Assembly (NCBI RefSeq): GCF_001194135.2
Contig: NC_068981.1
Coordinates: 142,217,121 to 142,280,980, forward strand
DNA from: Octopus bimaculoides
Taxonomy: Eukaryota
DNA: 63,860 nt
Reading direction: 5' to 3'
The notes beneath the pieces are model-generated. The model saw only the letters and a program-made list of their open reading frames with translations. It was not told the origin of the DNA and made no database searches. Within the stretch, counting starts at the first letter, position 1; every line of letters begins with the position of its first letter. This document shows, one piece after another, positions 14,105 through 29,532 of this stretch. The position numbers and the translations under genes were made by a program.

Positions 14105-16579
14105 GTGTGTAGTGTATGTGTGTGTGCTTTAAAGGGATTTATTAGTAGTATAATAAGGGAAAAGTAGAGAGCACCTATGACTTGAAGAGAGAAATTTATG
14201 AAACTCAGAGCTTGCTTCAGAGTACGTTTCGTTAAAGGCAACTGAAGAGTAGTTCGCCAGATTAAACCTGTCATTCCAAAACAGAAATGTAATTTCATTC
14301 ACATCACTTTAATCAAATGGTAAGAAATGACATATGTTCCACGCAAGCTCTGCCCGTGCAAAGGATCTTCCTAACCACATAACTGTGCATTAACCAATTT
14401 AGTAAGCATGAAATACCTAATAATCCTCGAATATTCGTTTTAGAATGTAAGAAGACGCAAGTAAATAGAACGTAACATTTAGTCCAGTACATGTCCTTTG
14501 ATTGTCGCTTTACAGTTTTCATTCGAAGTAAATCAGTGATTTTTAACACTGGAACAAGTCATAGAAATTTATTGCATTGTCGAATAAATAATTCCAATAC
14601 TTTTCAGGTAATATTGTGTTGAGGGATGAAGATGATATGAATACTAACGCGATTTAAACTTGGACCCCAGACAGACGAATCAACCAGAAACTAAGACAAA
14701 ATATAAATATTTAATACCAACAGTTACTGCTAAAATATATTTCATGAATTCATAAGTAAGATTTATGTAAATTTCAGATAGTAATTGAAGAAATAAAACT
14801 TACAAATGAAAATCTACTTAAATATTAATCACAAATATACCTGAAATGTCTTCAAAATTAGGTACTTTTTACTTGCAGTACTCAGTTGCATATTCTTGAA
14901 CGCAATATCAATCGAAGAAAAATATAAGAGAGAACGATTTACGTATTAAGAATAAATGTGTTCAACTCAATGCATCTTTAGTATTTTATGCGAAAATGGC
15001 ATGGATTGTTCATATTTTATGTATGATTGATCGACAGACAATATGTGAAAGCATATATATTGAAAAAATATCCTTTTAAATCAAGTGGAGAAATACGAAA
15101 TGTATTCGTTTCAAGCTATCACTTCTATCTATACCAATATTGGAAAAGTGTGACTGAACAATCTCTAGCATTGTAATTAACCGCTCAGTTGAATAAATAT
15201 CCGTTTTATGTGGCAGAAACGAAATAGCAATCTGTATATTATATTAAATGTATATACATCATGACAAACCAAGCTTCAACGTAATTAATACAGAAACGAT
15301 ATCTCTGATAATCTGTGTTTCAAAGCAATGCATATCGATACAAGATGAAGATCGTTTGTTTTCGACAAAGCCCACGAAGGTAGGAATGTACATCTACGAA
15401 TTTCATAGGCGGCTGGCAGACGCCATTTACTTGATTATAGTCGCCCATGAGAGAAATTATCCCAGGACTAGAGCTACAAAAGAATTGCCTTCCGCTATGT
15501 ATAGATGTTAATAATGATCGAATAATACATATATATATATATATATANNNNNNNNNNNNNNNNNNNNNNNNNNNNNNNNNNNNNNNNNNNNNNNNNNNNN
15601 NNNNNNNNNNNNNNNNNNNNNNNNNNNNNNNNNNNNNNNNNNNNNNNNNNNNNNNNNNNNNNNNNNNNNNNNNNNNNNNNNNNNNNNNNNNNNNNNNNNN
15701 NNNNNNNNNNNNNNNNNNNNNNNNNNNNNNNNNNNNNNNNNNNNNNNNNNNNNNNNNNNNNNNNNNNNNNNNNNNNNNNNNNNNNNNNNNNNNNNNNNNN
15801 NNNNNNNNNNNNNNNNNNNNNNNNNNNNNNNNNNNNNNNNNNNNNNNNNNNNNNNNNNNNNNNNNNNNNNNNNNNNNNNNNNNNTATATATATATATATA
15901 TGCAAACATAAATATTTATATATTTTCTTATGGCTACAGACAAAACAGATGACACGAAATAATTGATATATATATGTATATATATATACACACACACAAC
16001 CTTACCAACAGCAGAAACATATTAAAAAAAAAGAAAAAAATTATATACACATATAATTGGTAGTAGCATATATATATAATCATTTGCTAACATTTGCAAA
16101 AAATAATAATTCTAGATAAATGCGAATGATGTGTTTCAAGTAGCTCGTTCCGTCGTAAAATCAGACACATTAAGCAATTTTATTCTTTCCGTTTGACACA
16201 AGAGAAACAAATAGTGAATGTGGGGTAGAAAAAAAAAAACCTAATATGTCCATTGTATTTCCTAATAAACTACATTTCTTCTGTTTGTTCTTTATATCTG
16301 TTAGATTTTTATGTAAGTTTATGTTCTTGTTGTATACGCCGAATATGTATTTGCTGTTGGTTTTATGCGTTATGTAGTGAGATATATACATATATATGCT
16401 TGTGTGCTTGTGCATTTGTGTTGTCTGTGTGATTGTGTATACATACATATATACATATATATATATACATACGTATATATGCATATATATATAGATATAT
16501 GCATATATAAATATATACACACAAGCATATACATGTATGTATGTATATATATACATAACTGATGACTTATCTTTGTGTT

Positions 16580-16619
<40 letters not shown>

Positions 16620-16806
16620 CGTATATATTTATATAAATGTGTGTATATTTATATATATGCATATATATATGTTTGTGTATGTACGTATGCATATATGTAT
16701 ATATGAGTATATTTATATGTATGTATATACATATATATGTATAGATATATATGCATATATGTTTCATACGTATACATATAACGTACATTCATATATATAA
16801 CGTATA

Positions 16807-16870
<64 letters not shown>

Positions 16871-17569
16871 AGAATAAAAATGTTGTGAATCATTTCAAAC
16901 ATAAAAGTGAGCACTGAATCATTCTGAATAGTAACAAAGACAATCAGTGTGTTCGGTGCAGATGACTGGAGGATTTCACAATTTCTGGTGCTGTTAAAAA
17001 TATTTTGGAAAAATAACATAGAATAACATTCATAAAAAGAATATACATCATAAATATACAACCATAATATTCGTTTGTTTATTTCGTTTGTTCTGGGCAA
17101 AATATTTCAATATTTGTTGATTTATTTTCTTATTTCTATATATTTTTATATTAATTCACTTTAGTTATTCTTGTTTTTACTGTGATTGTTACTGCAGAAT
17201 TTTATTATGATATGTCCTAGTGTTTGCATGGCAGCCACATTTAGCACATGCGTGGTGGGCGAGGCTATGATGAATGTAAATTTGAATATAACGCATGTAC
17301 AACACGTGTCTCTTTACAAGTGGAAATTGATTTTAATTGACTAATGCACACTCCTTTGATTGATTTAGTCAGTTTAGTATATAACTTTCTATTCACTTAT
17401 TCCACTAATACCATAGTCTATGTGTGTAGACGACTGATTACTCAAGCTACCAAATATATCTCTCAATGGGTTTTAAACATCCTTTATTTACCTGCAGACT
17501 GATGCTTTTATGAATGCTATAATGAATATTTCCAATTAAAAAAGTGGGCCAGTAGCTTCGAGGAGATGG

Positions 17570-18197
17570 CGCCGTTTGATACTTCTGTGGTCCTTTAATT
17601 TATCCGTCCATGAGAGATGAAAGGCAAAGTACACCACGGCGGATTTCAAAATTTGAACAAGTATCATACTAACTATATACCGCAAGGCATTTGTCCGACG
17701 CTTTAAAGATTCAGACAATGGACTCACGTATGATACTTGTAATAATCCGTTCTATTATAGGCACAAGGTTTGAAATTTTTGGTTAGAGGAAGATTGTCGA
17801 TTACATCGACCCCATTACTTGACTGGTTCTTCATGTATTGACACCGAAAGGATGGGAGGCAAAACCGGGAGAATTTGAGGCCAGAACATAATGACGGACG
17901 AAGCACCGTTAGGCATACTTTACCGGGCTGCTAACGGTATATCACTTTGCAGTTTCATAATGTTTGTAATAATAGTTTCAAGCTTTGGTGTTAGATCAGC
18001 AATTTTGATGAAAAGGGGAAGTCGACTACATCAACACCAGTATTCAATTGGTACTTATTTTATCGACTCCGGAATGATGAATAGCAAAGTCGTCCTCGGT
18101 GGAATTTGAACTCTGAACGTAAAGACAGACAACATATCTCTAAGCCTCTCACTAATTTTTATTCAATGTGCTAACCATTCTGCCAGCTCAATGCCTT
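17570..18197 (-). mobile_element. Three tandem SINE family A copies (about 17570-17712, 17752-17945, 17990-18197)
   Basis: Each carries the gatgaaaggcaaag / gaatttgaa core; the third ends in ttctgccagctc. Confidence 0.75.
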
Positions 18198-18237
18198 CAT
18201 GAAATTTGTATTAATGATTGCTATTATAGGCAAGTGT

Positions 18238-18490
18238 GGAGGCGCGTGGTTTAGTGGTTAGGGTGTCAGCATCCTGATCGTAAGATTGTGGTTTCTATTC
18301 CCGGAACGGGCGACGCGTTGTGTTCTTGAGCAAAACACTTCATTTCACATTGTTCCAGTCCACTCAGCTGGCAAAAATGATTAACGCTGCGATGGACTGG
18401 CGTCCCGTCCAGCTGAGGAACACATACGCCATTGAAACCGGGAAACCGGGTCCATGAGCCTGGCTAGGCTTAAAAGGGCCCATTTATTTA
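18238..18490 (+). mobile_element. SINE family C (tRNA head, CORE-like middle)
   Basis: ggaggcgcgtggtttagtggttagg (A box), gtttctattcc (B-box-like), ttgtgttcttgagcaaaacact (MIR/CORE-like), gatggactggcgtcccgtccag. Confidence 0.75.
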
Positions 18491-18748
18491 TATATTATAG
18501 ACAAGTACAAGTTAAAGATATATAACTGGCCCATATATTACAGATACAAAGATGGTGGAAACTGAACTTAGACATATCTCTGTTACTAAGTGTTATCGTT
18601 CTACCAAAATTACCAGTCTTTTGTTATAATATTTATGGCACCGGATCAACCTCCTGAAGATAGTGCCAAGAAAATGAAGTCGTTCATTTTCCTTCACTGG
18701 TGCTTGTTTTCAGGTTAAAGGGCAAGTTAAACCTGACTGTACGAGGTC

Positions 18749-18794
<46 letters not shown>

Positions 18795-19733
18795 GTACTC
18801 TACAAAATATTTAAGGATTTCATTTTATTCCCAAAATAGCTACTAAATCTCGCTAATATCTCGTCGTAGTATCTTATAAAAAGGAAGTGCACAGTGGATT
18901 ATATGCTCCCAGATAAGACTATGTGGAAAAATTATTTTTAAAGAAAGACATGATTATCAACGCTAGACTGTTTTGATCATATCTCTTATCTCAAAATTGC
19001 CTGAAGCGAAATAAAAAACATCATATAAACTTGAACCTATATTTTTTTTTTCATTTTGACATTTTTTTCTACACTGAATTGTCAGTATATTATTCTTTTA
19101 CCCTACTTAATAGTTATTTTTATGAAGAATATTTTTTACTCCGGAAGAATAATCGTCGTCGACAAGATATAAACATATAATGTAAATGGTTGTCAATACA
19201 TACAATAATATGCACATTCTTAAGGCTTTTTTTCATTCCATTACTCTCAAACAACCAACATGTATTTATATGACATACACCCTTCTTCCTGCATAACCAT
19301 AACTATATATACACACACATACACACACGCATATATACGTTCAATTAACAAGTGTTTATGTGTGTTTTCCAACATAAGGGAACGTTTTGACATTAGGTTT
19401 GCTGATTGCAATTTCCCAGCGTTCGGTCAAAATTGTATACCAACGTAGGCAAGTGGCAGTTATCATACCCTTGGTTTAACGCATTCTTCGTAAATGAAAA
19501 TCGTTTGACTGACAATGGATGACAGCACGTCGAATGGATCGTATGGTCAGGTGTCTGGTGAATGTAAAGCTAATTTTAGGCAAGTCAGGGAGTTCATAGC
19601 CTTGATGATCTAACTGCTCGTTATTTGCAATCAAGGGAGAATCCATCATATAGGCGTTTCCTGATGCATGTATATGCCTCTCAGTTTACAAACAACGGCG
19701 ACAAGCCCAAACATGTTTATATGTATCCATATT

Positions 19734-19772
<39 letters not shown>

Positions 19773-20105
19773 CTCTCTCTCTCTCTCTCTNNNNNNNNNN
19801 NNNNNNNNNNNNNNNNNNNNNNNNNNNNNNNNNNNNNNNNNNNNNNNNNNNNNNNNNNNNNNNNNNNNNNNNNNNNNNNNNNNNNNNNNNNNNNNNNNNN
19901 NNNNNNNNNNNNNNNNNNNNNNNNNNNNNNNNNNNNNNNNNNNNNNNNNNNNNNNNNNNNNNNNNNNNNNNNNNNNNNNNNNNNNNNNNNNNNNNNNNNN
20001 NNNNNNNNNNNNNNNNNNNNNNNTATATACACACACACACAATGTAAATAGAAATATGGAAACATTTGTATATTTATATGTATGTGTGTGTGTCTAATAT
20101 GTTAG

Positions 20106-20137
<32 letters not shown>

Positions 20138-20239
20138 GTTTTGCGTGTGTGTATGCATAAAAACATGTATATATGTATGTGCGTATATTGGTATGTTTCT
20201 ATATACATTGGTCACATACTATATCTATATATTTTTTCT

Positions 20240-20721
20240 TGTTGTCTTTCTCCCATTGTTAACTCTCTCCAGGCTACTTCTCTTGCTTCAGTGTTCCACT
20301 GTACTCTTTCTCCCACATACAACAAATTTTATCTCCTGTCTTTTCTCTAAATTCATTCATCTATTGTGTTTTTTACAATTCTGTTCCAAACGAACAAAAA
20401 TATGACTCTCAATGTCTCTTCATTCTCCCTTCTCTTCCCTTCCTCATATTCTAATAAATTTCCTCATAAAGATTTCTTTATAGTAGTATTTTTTCTTCTC
20501 AAACAATTCATACATAGTTCATTCCACTTTTCTCCTGCCTTTTGAATATATTTGACCCGTTATTTTCTCATACTTCCACGCTTTCTTCCTCCTTCTCTCT
20601 ATCTCTCTGTATATATATCTGTCGATCAATATATCTCTCCTTGTCTCACTCATCATCAATCGAGTAGTTTTTCTCTCTGAGACACAAACTCATATATGTA
20701 TCACGAGATATTTCATGTGTG

Positions 20722-20801
<80 letters not shown>

Positions 20802-22000
20802 TGGACACTCATACACACTTACATGCACACACATATCAGCAAACGTTCACATAAAGATTTCTATATGTTTATTTTCAAAATATTTTCAAAACACGGGTGA
20901 AAGACGAGGCCAGCAGTAGTTTTAGGGCACGAAACTATTTATAGGCAACATCGGTGGTTTGTAATTCATATCGATATATTACTATATTTGTTTATGTAAG
21001 CATACACACCCAGATCCATATACGTCAGCGTATATATACATATATATATATATCATATTTTTGTGTAAGCATATATAAGCGTGTAAGTACGCATGTGTTA
21101 TATATATTTATATATATCTGATGAAACCAACCCAACCATATACAGGGTTTCCCTGCACAAGGTGATTGTTAGGTTTCTTCACTAACGCATAGGCTTGGAC
21201 AAGGTTTCTTTGTTTTACTTTTAGAAGAAAGACTAGCTGTGTGTGCGTCTGTGTGTAGGTGTCAATACGTATGTTATGTGTGTGTCAATTATGTTTCTAT
21301 GCATGGGAAGAAAGCGAAAATATTTATTAATGACTTCGGTGCCCTACTTTTGGAATGCACAAAAGGAGGAACTGCTGTTCAAATTCTCAGTAAGCTGCAT
21401 TCTCTATTTTTATTAATTTGATTCTGAAAACTTAATTTGTGATTTCACCTTCTTCTTACTAATATTATTAATATTTCATCGGTGTCTCTCATCTTATTCC
21501 GTTTTGTCTGCAACGTTGTCGCATAGTATCGTTGTAGTCTGCTCAATTTAATCTATTAACACTCATCATATCTCACAGCGATCTTTGTCGTTCAGTATTT
21601 ATCACTACCTACTGTCTCTTTCTAGCTCTCGGATGAAGCCCTTCACCACAAAAAAATTCCCCGCCTCATCGAAATTACAACTTTCTATCTATGCCTTTAT
21701 ACATCTACTAGAAACAAAGAGATATCTAGTATATTGAGCACAACTATAGAATAAAATGACATTTCATTCGCTTCCCGTCTCCAGACTAAAATACAGTCTG
21801 TATATATCCATCCTTGGAATGATATTTCCTTATCGCGAGCAGCCATTGAATATTTCCACTCTGCTATCACCACTATTGCCCACGTTTCATTTTATTCAAC
21901 TCTACACAGACTCTTGTTCAATTTCTTCTCCACCTCTTCCTTCCTCTCCTTCTCCCTGTCTCTTCAGTTCCATCCAAAATCCTCTCAGAATTTCTATGTC
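20240..22000 (-). mobile_element. Highly degenerate RTE-clade (Rex3/Expander-like) LINE remnant interrupted by microsatellites
   Basis: Ordered minus-strand remnants: IRKYHSKDGYIQTVF.LE (cf. MEKYREGQKELHCVFVDLEK); MYKG; F.V..GLHP at 21631-41 (cf. GLHQG); tat gcg ac aac gtt at 21512-25 (frameshifted YADDV); W..EA....WR near 20270. Confidence 0.55.
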
Positions 22001-22622
22001 ATTATAAAAATGTCTTGCAATAAAAGTCTTTAACAAATAGCTCAAATCTACAATGACACTAAATCGATACCAATAACAGACTCTTTCACATCAGTGTACA
22101 TACAATAATGCATAAATATATACAAGCGTGTAAGCACATACATGTATACACATACGTAATGATGCATACTTCACCACACAAGTATTCTCACACACACATA
22201 GGCACATATATAAACGCACGCACGCACGCACTCATACGAATGAATTCGCAAGCGCACTTTTAATACGCACGGGCATACAAGCCATATGTGTGTGAAAGAG
22301 TTGTTCGTTGTGTGTGTCTATCTGTGACTGCTTGTATGTATGTGGGCCGTTTGTTGCTGAGACAATACGGTTTGTACTGACATAAAGAGCTCATTTGGGT
22401 CTGAGAGTTGTTTTGTGTTTGTAAATGTGTATATAAATGTGACGTTTGGATATGCGTGTCCATTAGCAGTGATATTTATGGAGCAATTACTTAAGATTTA
22501 GTAACTAACAATATTGGTAGCGTCAAAAAGCGTGTGTATGCGTTGTGTTATATCATGTATGTGTATGCATAAGCGTGCATATACGTATGTGCGTATGTAT
22601 GTCTGTATGAACGCATATATAT

Positions 22623-22698
<76 letters not shown>

Positions 22699-22713
22699 GT
22701 ATATATGCATGTG

Positions 22714-22746
<33 letters not shown>

Positions 22747-23489
22747 GCATGTATATATGTATATATATATATTTATATATATATGCATTTATATATGTAT
22801 GTATATGTATATATACTCTTTGTATATATGTGTGAATGAATGTGTGTATAAATGTACACTACTACAAGCAACCTTTTCCGAAATATACAAAACAAAGGAG
22901 TCTATACTCCTCCTCCTGCCACCACTACAACTACTCCTACTACTGCTAATTACGCTACTGTTGCTTTTTTATGATTGTTCAGTGACCTCATGTTACAGAA
23001 CGTTGGACTTGCATAGTTATTTATACATTAGGATCACTGGTCCTCGTACGGTAGTTTCCATACAATGCCTTACTTTTACATGTGCTTCACAGCAATGACA
23101 TTTCATTTCATTTGACTTTATTTTTGTTTTTTGTTAATTCGTTTTTGCTATCACAGTGTACTTTTTCGTTTCATTTTTGTATCTCAGTCTCATTGAATTT
23201 TAATTACTGTACATACTCCTCTTTGCTTCTGATATTGAGTATATAATTTTGGAAACTTAATCCCTTACTTCTTGGGAGCACAATCCCTTATTTCATACCT
23301 TTAGTATGTATACTCTATGCACATCCGTGTTTAACTAAAACATGTGCTGCATAGTGAGGATCTTGTACATTTACGCATCAATTTTATTGATGTCACTGAT
23401 GATGAACTGCTTTTAATATTAAAGTTGTAGGTCACAGCAAATATAGCTAAGGTACTCATTACATGAATCCTGTTTCGCGATAATTTCGT

Positions 23490-24420
23490 TCTTCAGAGCA
23501 GCTCTAATTCTACGATAACATTCTTTTCGTATTCTGCATTTGTGAGCGTTGGATGCCATCCACTTCACATACACCTAAATATTTGTAATTGTCGACGGGA
23601 TCTAATTCCTTGAGGCTGGTAAACTTGTCTATTTGCGTGTTGTTCGTTTTCAGGAGTTTTCCCATAAAAAAATGTGGCTCTAAAGCATTTATCAAGGCGA
23701 AATCCATTCCAACATCGTCACTGAACTGTTTTTACCACAATTAGAGACCGTTCCAGTTCCTGATCATCTTTCGTAAAATGTTTTAAACCATCGATGAAAA
23801 GGGTACAATTCATTTGTCTTTCGTATTCTCTATACCTATTCGACAGCTTACATAGAAGAATGAAATCCAAGAAAAGAGTAGTGTTTTTGAAGAAACGCCT
23901 TAAAGATGTCACAGTTTATGTCCATGTCACCGACGTTCATAGTGCCTTCTCTGAATTCTGTATAAGAGTTGTTTTCAATTACTTCATATTCGTCTGAAAA
24001 TTATCAATAACTAATTGATTTTATATATTTCTACACATATCGGAGGCTGTCAAATAATTTTTGTAATCAAACCATGAAGCAGAAAGACATTTACTTTGTT
24101 TGTGGTAGTCATCAAGGGCCATTTTATTTATTTAAAGTTGGTCTTTACCACCAGCAGATATTAGCTAATTCATAACTAACGATGTTTGATTTGTTGGTAG
24201 TCTTTTTCTTCCCCCAGTTTAAATATCTTCTGTATTCGATCTGTAAATTGGAAAATACATTGTAGTGTAAGAGGTGTCTACGACGTCCAGTTTCCTTGCT
24301 TAGTCCATTTCTCTCTTGAATTTTACTTTATCAGATCAAGATGGTGTGTATGAATGTTCCCATATTTACACTATTGTCTTTCAGAGTGCTTTATTCCGAT
24401 TTCTGAACAGTTAAGGGGAT
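23490..24420 (-). mobile_element. Degenerate R4/Dong-type non-LTR retrotransposon RT fragment
   Basis: In order on the minus strand: GKDQL*INKMALDD..K.LSASWFDYK; LFIDGLKHFTKDDQELERSLIVVK (decayed YxDDLK); MDFALINA; LKELDPVDNYKYLGVCEVDGIQ. These match R4-clade RT motifs. Confidence 0.8.
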
Positions 24421-24669
24421 TTGGTAATTTTCACTTCTAATTAAAGATATTGAACTTAGTTTTTAATGAAACCGAAATATTCGTTCAGTTTTCTTATCTA
24501 CGACTACTGAAAGGTAATTGGACACAATATAAGCCTAAGTTATTTTTATTCCTTATCTTCAAACATTTATGCGATACCCTATCGACTTCATAAACCTCGG
24601 TTCGAAAGATGACAATAGCTGCACTTTGTTTTATAATTGGTTCTAATTCTTATTAGCATATCTGATTTA

Positions 24670-24877
24670 GAAGGCATCAGCTGCAGTAATTTGGGGTTGG
24701 GGGAATGAGACTAGTCGATTACATCGACCCGCAGTGTTGCACTGGTACTTAATTTATCGACCCCGAAAGGATGAAAGGCAAAGTCAACCTCGGCGGAATT
24801 TGAACTCAGAATGTAGCAGCAGACGAAATTCGGCTAAGCATTTCGGCCGGCGCGATAACGATTCTACCAGCTCACCA
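24670..24877 (-). mobile_element. SINE family A, well preserved
   Basis: gtcgattacatcgaccc...ctggtacttaatttatcgaccccgaaaggatgaaaggcaaagtcaacctcggcggaatttgaactcag...ccagctcacc. Confidence 0.9.
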
Positions 24878-26859
24878 ACAAAGCAGCAATAACAGCAAGC
24901 AAATAAGAGACTAATATCACTCACACCCACACACAGATACACAGGAGTATGCATATATGCATGCGTGTGTATTCCCTGCAGCATCTAATTAAGGTCTCTA
25001 TGATTTAAAATTCATCGAAGCCAGTTTGCCTTTTCAACATACATGTATCGATGAAAGAAAACCAGTTACTACATTGATTTCATTAGTTTGTCCTTGTGTT
25101 TATATCGCAAACAATATTACCTCATCTGTCACTTGAAACCATACTGAAATTTGCACTTGCCCTATTTAATGTATATCAAAATTATAATTCACCTGCTAAA
25201 CACTGAGCACTTTCTTTGTTTTCTTGTTTACTCTCACTCCCTCTTTCTTTCACCTCACTCATATTTTCCTTTCCTTCTCAATAGTCGTTTATATACTGTC
25301 TTCTGCTGACTTCACTTAGGCATCCGTCAACGAATCTGATCTGTGTTTCGATTTGACTAGTTATAGCGTTATGACTGTTGACAGATTACTTAGCACATTC
25401 AACAAGGTCTGTTAGAGGTTTAATCCTTTTCAATTATAGCTTGTTAATTTCTTCCTAATTTTTGTACATTGATACTTTATATTTCCCGTTTCTTTTAAAC
25501 AGCCCGGTTGTTGGTGACATGCTCAGCGCTTTGTTGTTACTCTATATTTCCAAATAACAAACATTACATGATTTAGTGATTATCTGATGAATCTTACAAT
25601 CTTAGCAATCTATTCTCAGTTGTAGCAGACGACTGCTTTCCGTTGGCAATTTCCTTCATTCTAAATACTGATTTTAGATCTGATTGTACCTCAGTGAATT
25701 TATGTTGTGAAAATGTAGAAAGATCACATCATGCACCTTTTCTTGAAAAAGACTAGGGCTAAGCGTTGATAGATATCGATAAAGGAGAAAAGAACATTTC
25801 AGACAGTAAAATAGTGTTAAAGTATTTAAATATTTTCAACAATGAATTAATAAGTCATTCATTTTATCACTTCTTAAAAGTATTTGTTTTATGTGTTTTT
25901 TTCTCTAATTTCTATTCTTATGCGTTATCTAAACAAACTAAAGGTGATAAATCGTTTATTTTGCTCACAGACAATAAACAAACTCTAGGCTTTGAGTTAA
26001 ATCTGAGAAAAATTACGCTGAACAATTAATTACAAAATATTAAGCAAGTTTAAAACACATTTGTTATAGAAAAAATATCTGACGCAGAAGTTGAATTTAA
26101 TAAATTAATAATCTTTGCTGCACGCACATTTGATATCAAAATATATTTCATACATTTCTTTGGTTTAAATTGGGAATATATAGCGCGTCAAAAGATCATG
26201 AGACCCCTTCTTCAAATTATGTATTTGAGGTACCTAAGGTAGTAGGGGTAATGGAAAATGATACTTGGAAACTTTATTAGAGGTTGTCACGTGACGATAG
26301 GACATATTTTATTTGTAACACATAATAAATGTGCTTGTTATAGCCCTAGTTGCTTGCGCTTAGGATACGTCTCATCGTTATGAAACACTCTAGTATATGA
26401 GGTACAAAAATCAATTAATAATGTTACTCTACTTTCGGTGCTAAACTAATACTTCTTATGATATTTCCTCACTGTAAGATAAATGGATACCTTATGTTTT
26501 AGTCTATGGATACTTAATGAGAAATATGACTGGATCAAAACTACTAAGGATCCTGTTAGTGATTAGACATTCTACTCACTCATGCATTCACATAAGTAAA
26601 TTAGTATCGGTTTCATGGGAATTTGTTTCTTTATAATACTAAAGTTAAATCAGGAAATATGAACGTGATGAAAGAGATTTTTAATATTGCTTAGAATCTT
26701 ACCAGTTTCTAATATCGTGTGCCCATTCGTATCAAAAGTAAATCACATATTTGCTCCATTGAAGAAAAGAACGATTTTGTGTGCATACGTTTGTATTTAA
26801 ACCTGCACATTGTGTATATATAGGCATATATCAGTGAACGGTTACATCTCTCTCTGTCG

Positions 26860-26896
<37 letters not shown>

Positions 26897-29271
26897 TACT
26901 ATGGCGTACATTTTGTATAATGTGGTACTGAGTATGATCCGATCTGCGTCTTACATTATTCTAGTAACCTTTATACTTTTCGTGTTTGAGCAGCAATCGA
27001 GTGAATTGTACCCGACTTGTGGTTTAAATTGCCAGTGTTGTTGCACACAATATTTATCCGAGTCTACCTCGTTTGGATATGAAAGGTAGAAGTGAATGTG
27101 GAATAGTGAACCAACTGTACAATAAGTAGAAATACGGTATATGTATATAAAGTTGAAAAACCTATCGATGTGTGTTGCTTTGTAAGTGCATATTTAAGAG
27201 TGTCTGTGTTTCTGAACTGTAAATAACCTATAAAAGTTAGTTTATGGGCTTGTATGTATAGATGTGCTTATATATTTCCAAGCACAATATCGGTGTGTGT
27301 TACGTGTGTGCAGCTAATTGTATATCAACAATATTATGAATAACTTCATAAGTGAATATGCCTCCTTTGCCTGCCTATGTATGTGTGTCTGTCTAGGTGT
27401 GTGTGTGTGTGTGAGTGTGTTAGTGGCATTGATCTTACATTCGTTTCATTTGTTTATGTGTTGGCATGTGATTTTGTATTAGCGTATGTCAGTATATTAA
27501 ATTGACAGTACGTAGTTAGGTAGTGTTTGAGTTTCTGTGTCTTTATGTTTCAATACACCAGGATCATTACTGATTCTTGTAGTGATTCTGCTTGTGAATA
27601 TGTGTACTGTTCGTTTGTGTGAATATGCGTGTATAAACATATTGAATGAGACAGACTATCATTGATAGATGTTTACATGTCTATTTATGTGAATACTATG
27701 CATACATGAATGAATATGTCATGTTCGAAAACAAGTTAATGCATGGCTAGGATATCTTAACTCTGTGCGTGTGTACATATATGTGAGAGTAATATATTGC
27801 CTGCTTTACTCTTCGCAAGATATAACGTGCATATGAATATATCATTTGTAGATAATATGCTCTGGCATTGTATTTATAGTATAACACACACTCAGACACA
27901 GACATACACAGCATGTATGCGCCATATATATGCAGTGTGTGCTTAGCAATACATTTGTAATTGATGTACTTGATAAACTAATTACTTGCATGTATCAGTA
28001 AGTGACTAGATATGCATCAGGGTATTTTTGTGTTTGAGTGACTATGAATGTATATATTTATGTGTGTTTGTGCTCGTGTAATAATAGTTCTATGTGTACA
28101 TATATGCAAGAGCAACATTGTATGACTTAAAGTGTATGATATCATATGTATAATATATATATGTGAATATATCGTGCGTCAAGGCATTTCTATATAATAT
28201 ATGTATGTTTGTATGTATGTATGAGTGTATGTATGCATGCATGTATTTGCTGAGTTTACTCTTGAATATGGTGATTTGTATCTATATCCGAATATAACAT
28301 GGAATAAAACATTATGAAATGGTTCAGTGCACTTCTGAGAAATATCATGTGTATATGAGTAAATTTAAATGCGTGACAAATGTATTGCATGGTATGATTC
28401 AAGGCTTGATGTGTGAATGCATGCATTGCATTTATCTAGGTATATAAATATACAGATATATACGTGAAAATGTATATGTGTAATATGTATGTGCATTTGT
28501 ACATGATGCAATGAATACATAAATATATTCATTTCTAATTTAGGCATAATGCCAGACATTTTTGAGAAAGGAAGCAGTACATTTTATTAACCTAACTGAC
28601 TGCACATTATTTCATAGGTCCGCTGACCTCCACAAGATTTGAATTCACCACAAAAAGAGTCGTAATTAAACATCGGAAGGCATTTTCAAATCCGATGCTC
28701 TACAAATGTTTTGAATCAATCGGTGAAGCCTCAGAAAGCTTGTTGACTTCCTCGAAATTATGCCCAAATATCCTGGATATTAGTCCTTATCGGATGGCGC
28801 AGTTATGTATTGACTACAGATGTGATGGTACAATCATGGTTTAATGCATGTGGCTAGCCTCGGGCTAGCCAACAAAATCAGAGGCGTCAGTATATTCCCC
28901 AAACGAGAGGCGTGCTAACGATTCTGCCAGTTCCCCGATTTAATCGTGATAATAATAAGGATAATGATGATAGTTGAGTGTGATACTTCAACAGAGACGC
29001 TGATAGAAAAAAGTTTATATTTGAGGTAAACAAACGTTGTTTTCATATATGTATCGCTGTATTTTTTCATTGCATTCCACAAACCTGTTCGCAAACAATT
29101 ACCTAATGACTTATTCGAGTGTGAGTCATTGAAGAATATGTATTTGGGAAAAATGTTTTATTGTTCGGTACGTGTGAGGTCATTTATTTACACCAATATG
29201 CACACACACACACACATATATGTGCATATCATGTATGTCTTCTATGATAGTATTTGTTTATACTAATAAAC

Positions 29272-29317
<46 letters not shown>

Positions 29318-29532
29318 NNNNNNNNNNNNNNNNNNNNNNNNNNNNNNNNNNNNNNNNNNNNNNNNNNNNNNNNNNNNNNNNNNNNNNNNNNNNNNNNNNN
29401 NNNNNNNNNNNNNNNNNNNNNNNNNNNNNNNNNNNNNNNNNNNNNNNNNNNNNNNNNNNNNNNNNNNNNNNNNNNNNNNNNNNNNNNNNNNNNNNNNNNN
29501 NNNNNNNNNNNNNNNNNNNNNNNNNNNNNNNN

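Noticed and set aside
26286-26295. GTCACGTGAC palindromic E-box (USF/TFE-type)
   Set aside because: Single isolated 10-mer with no supporting context.
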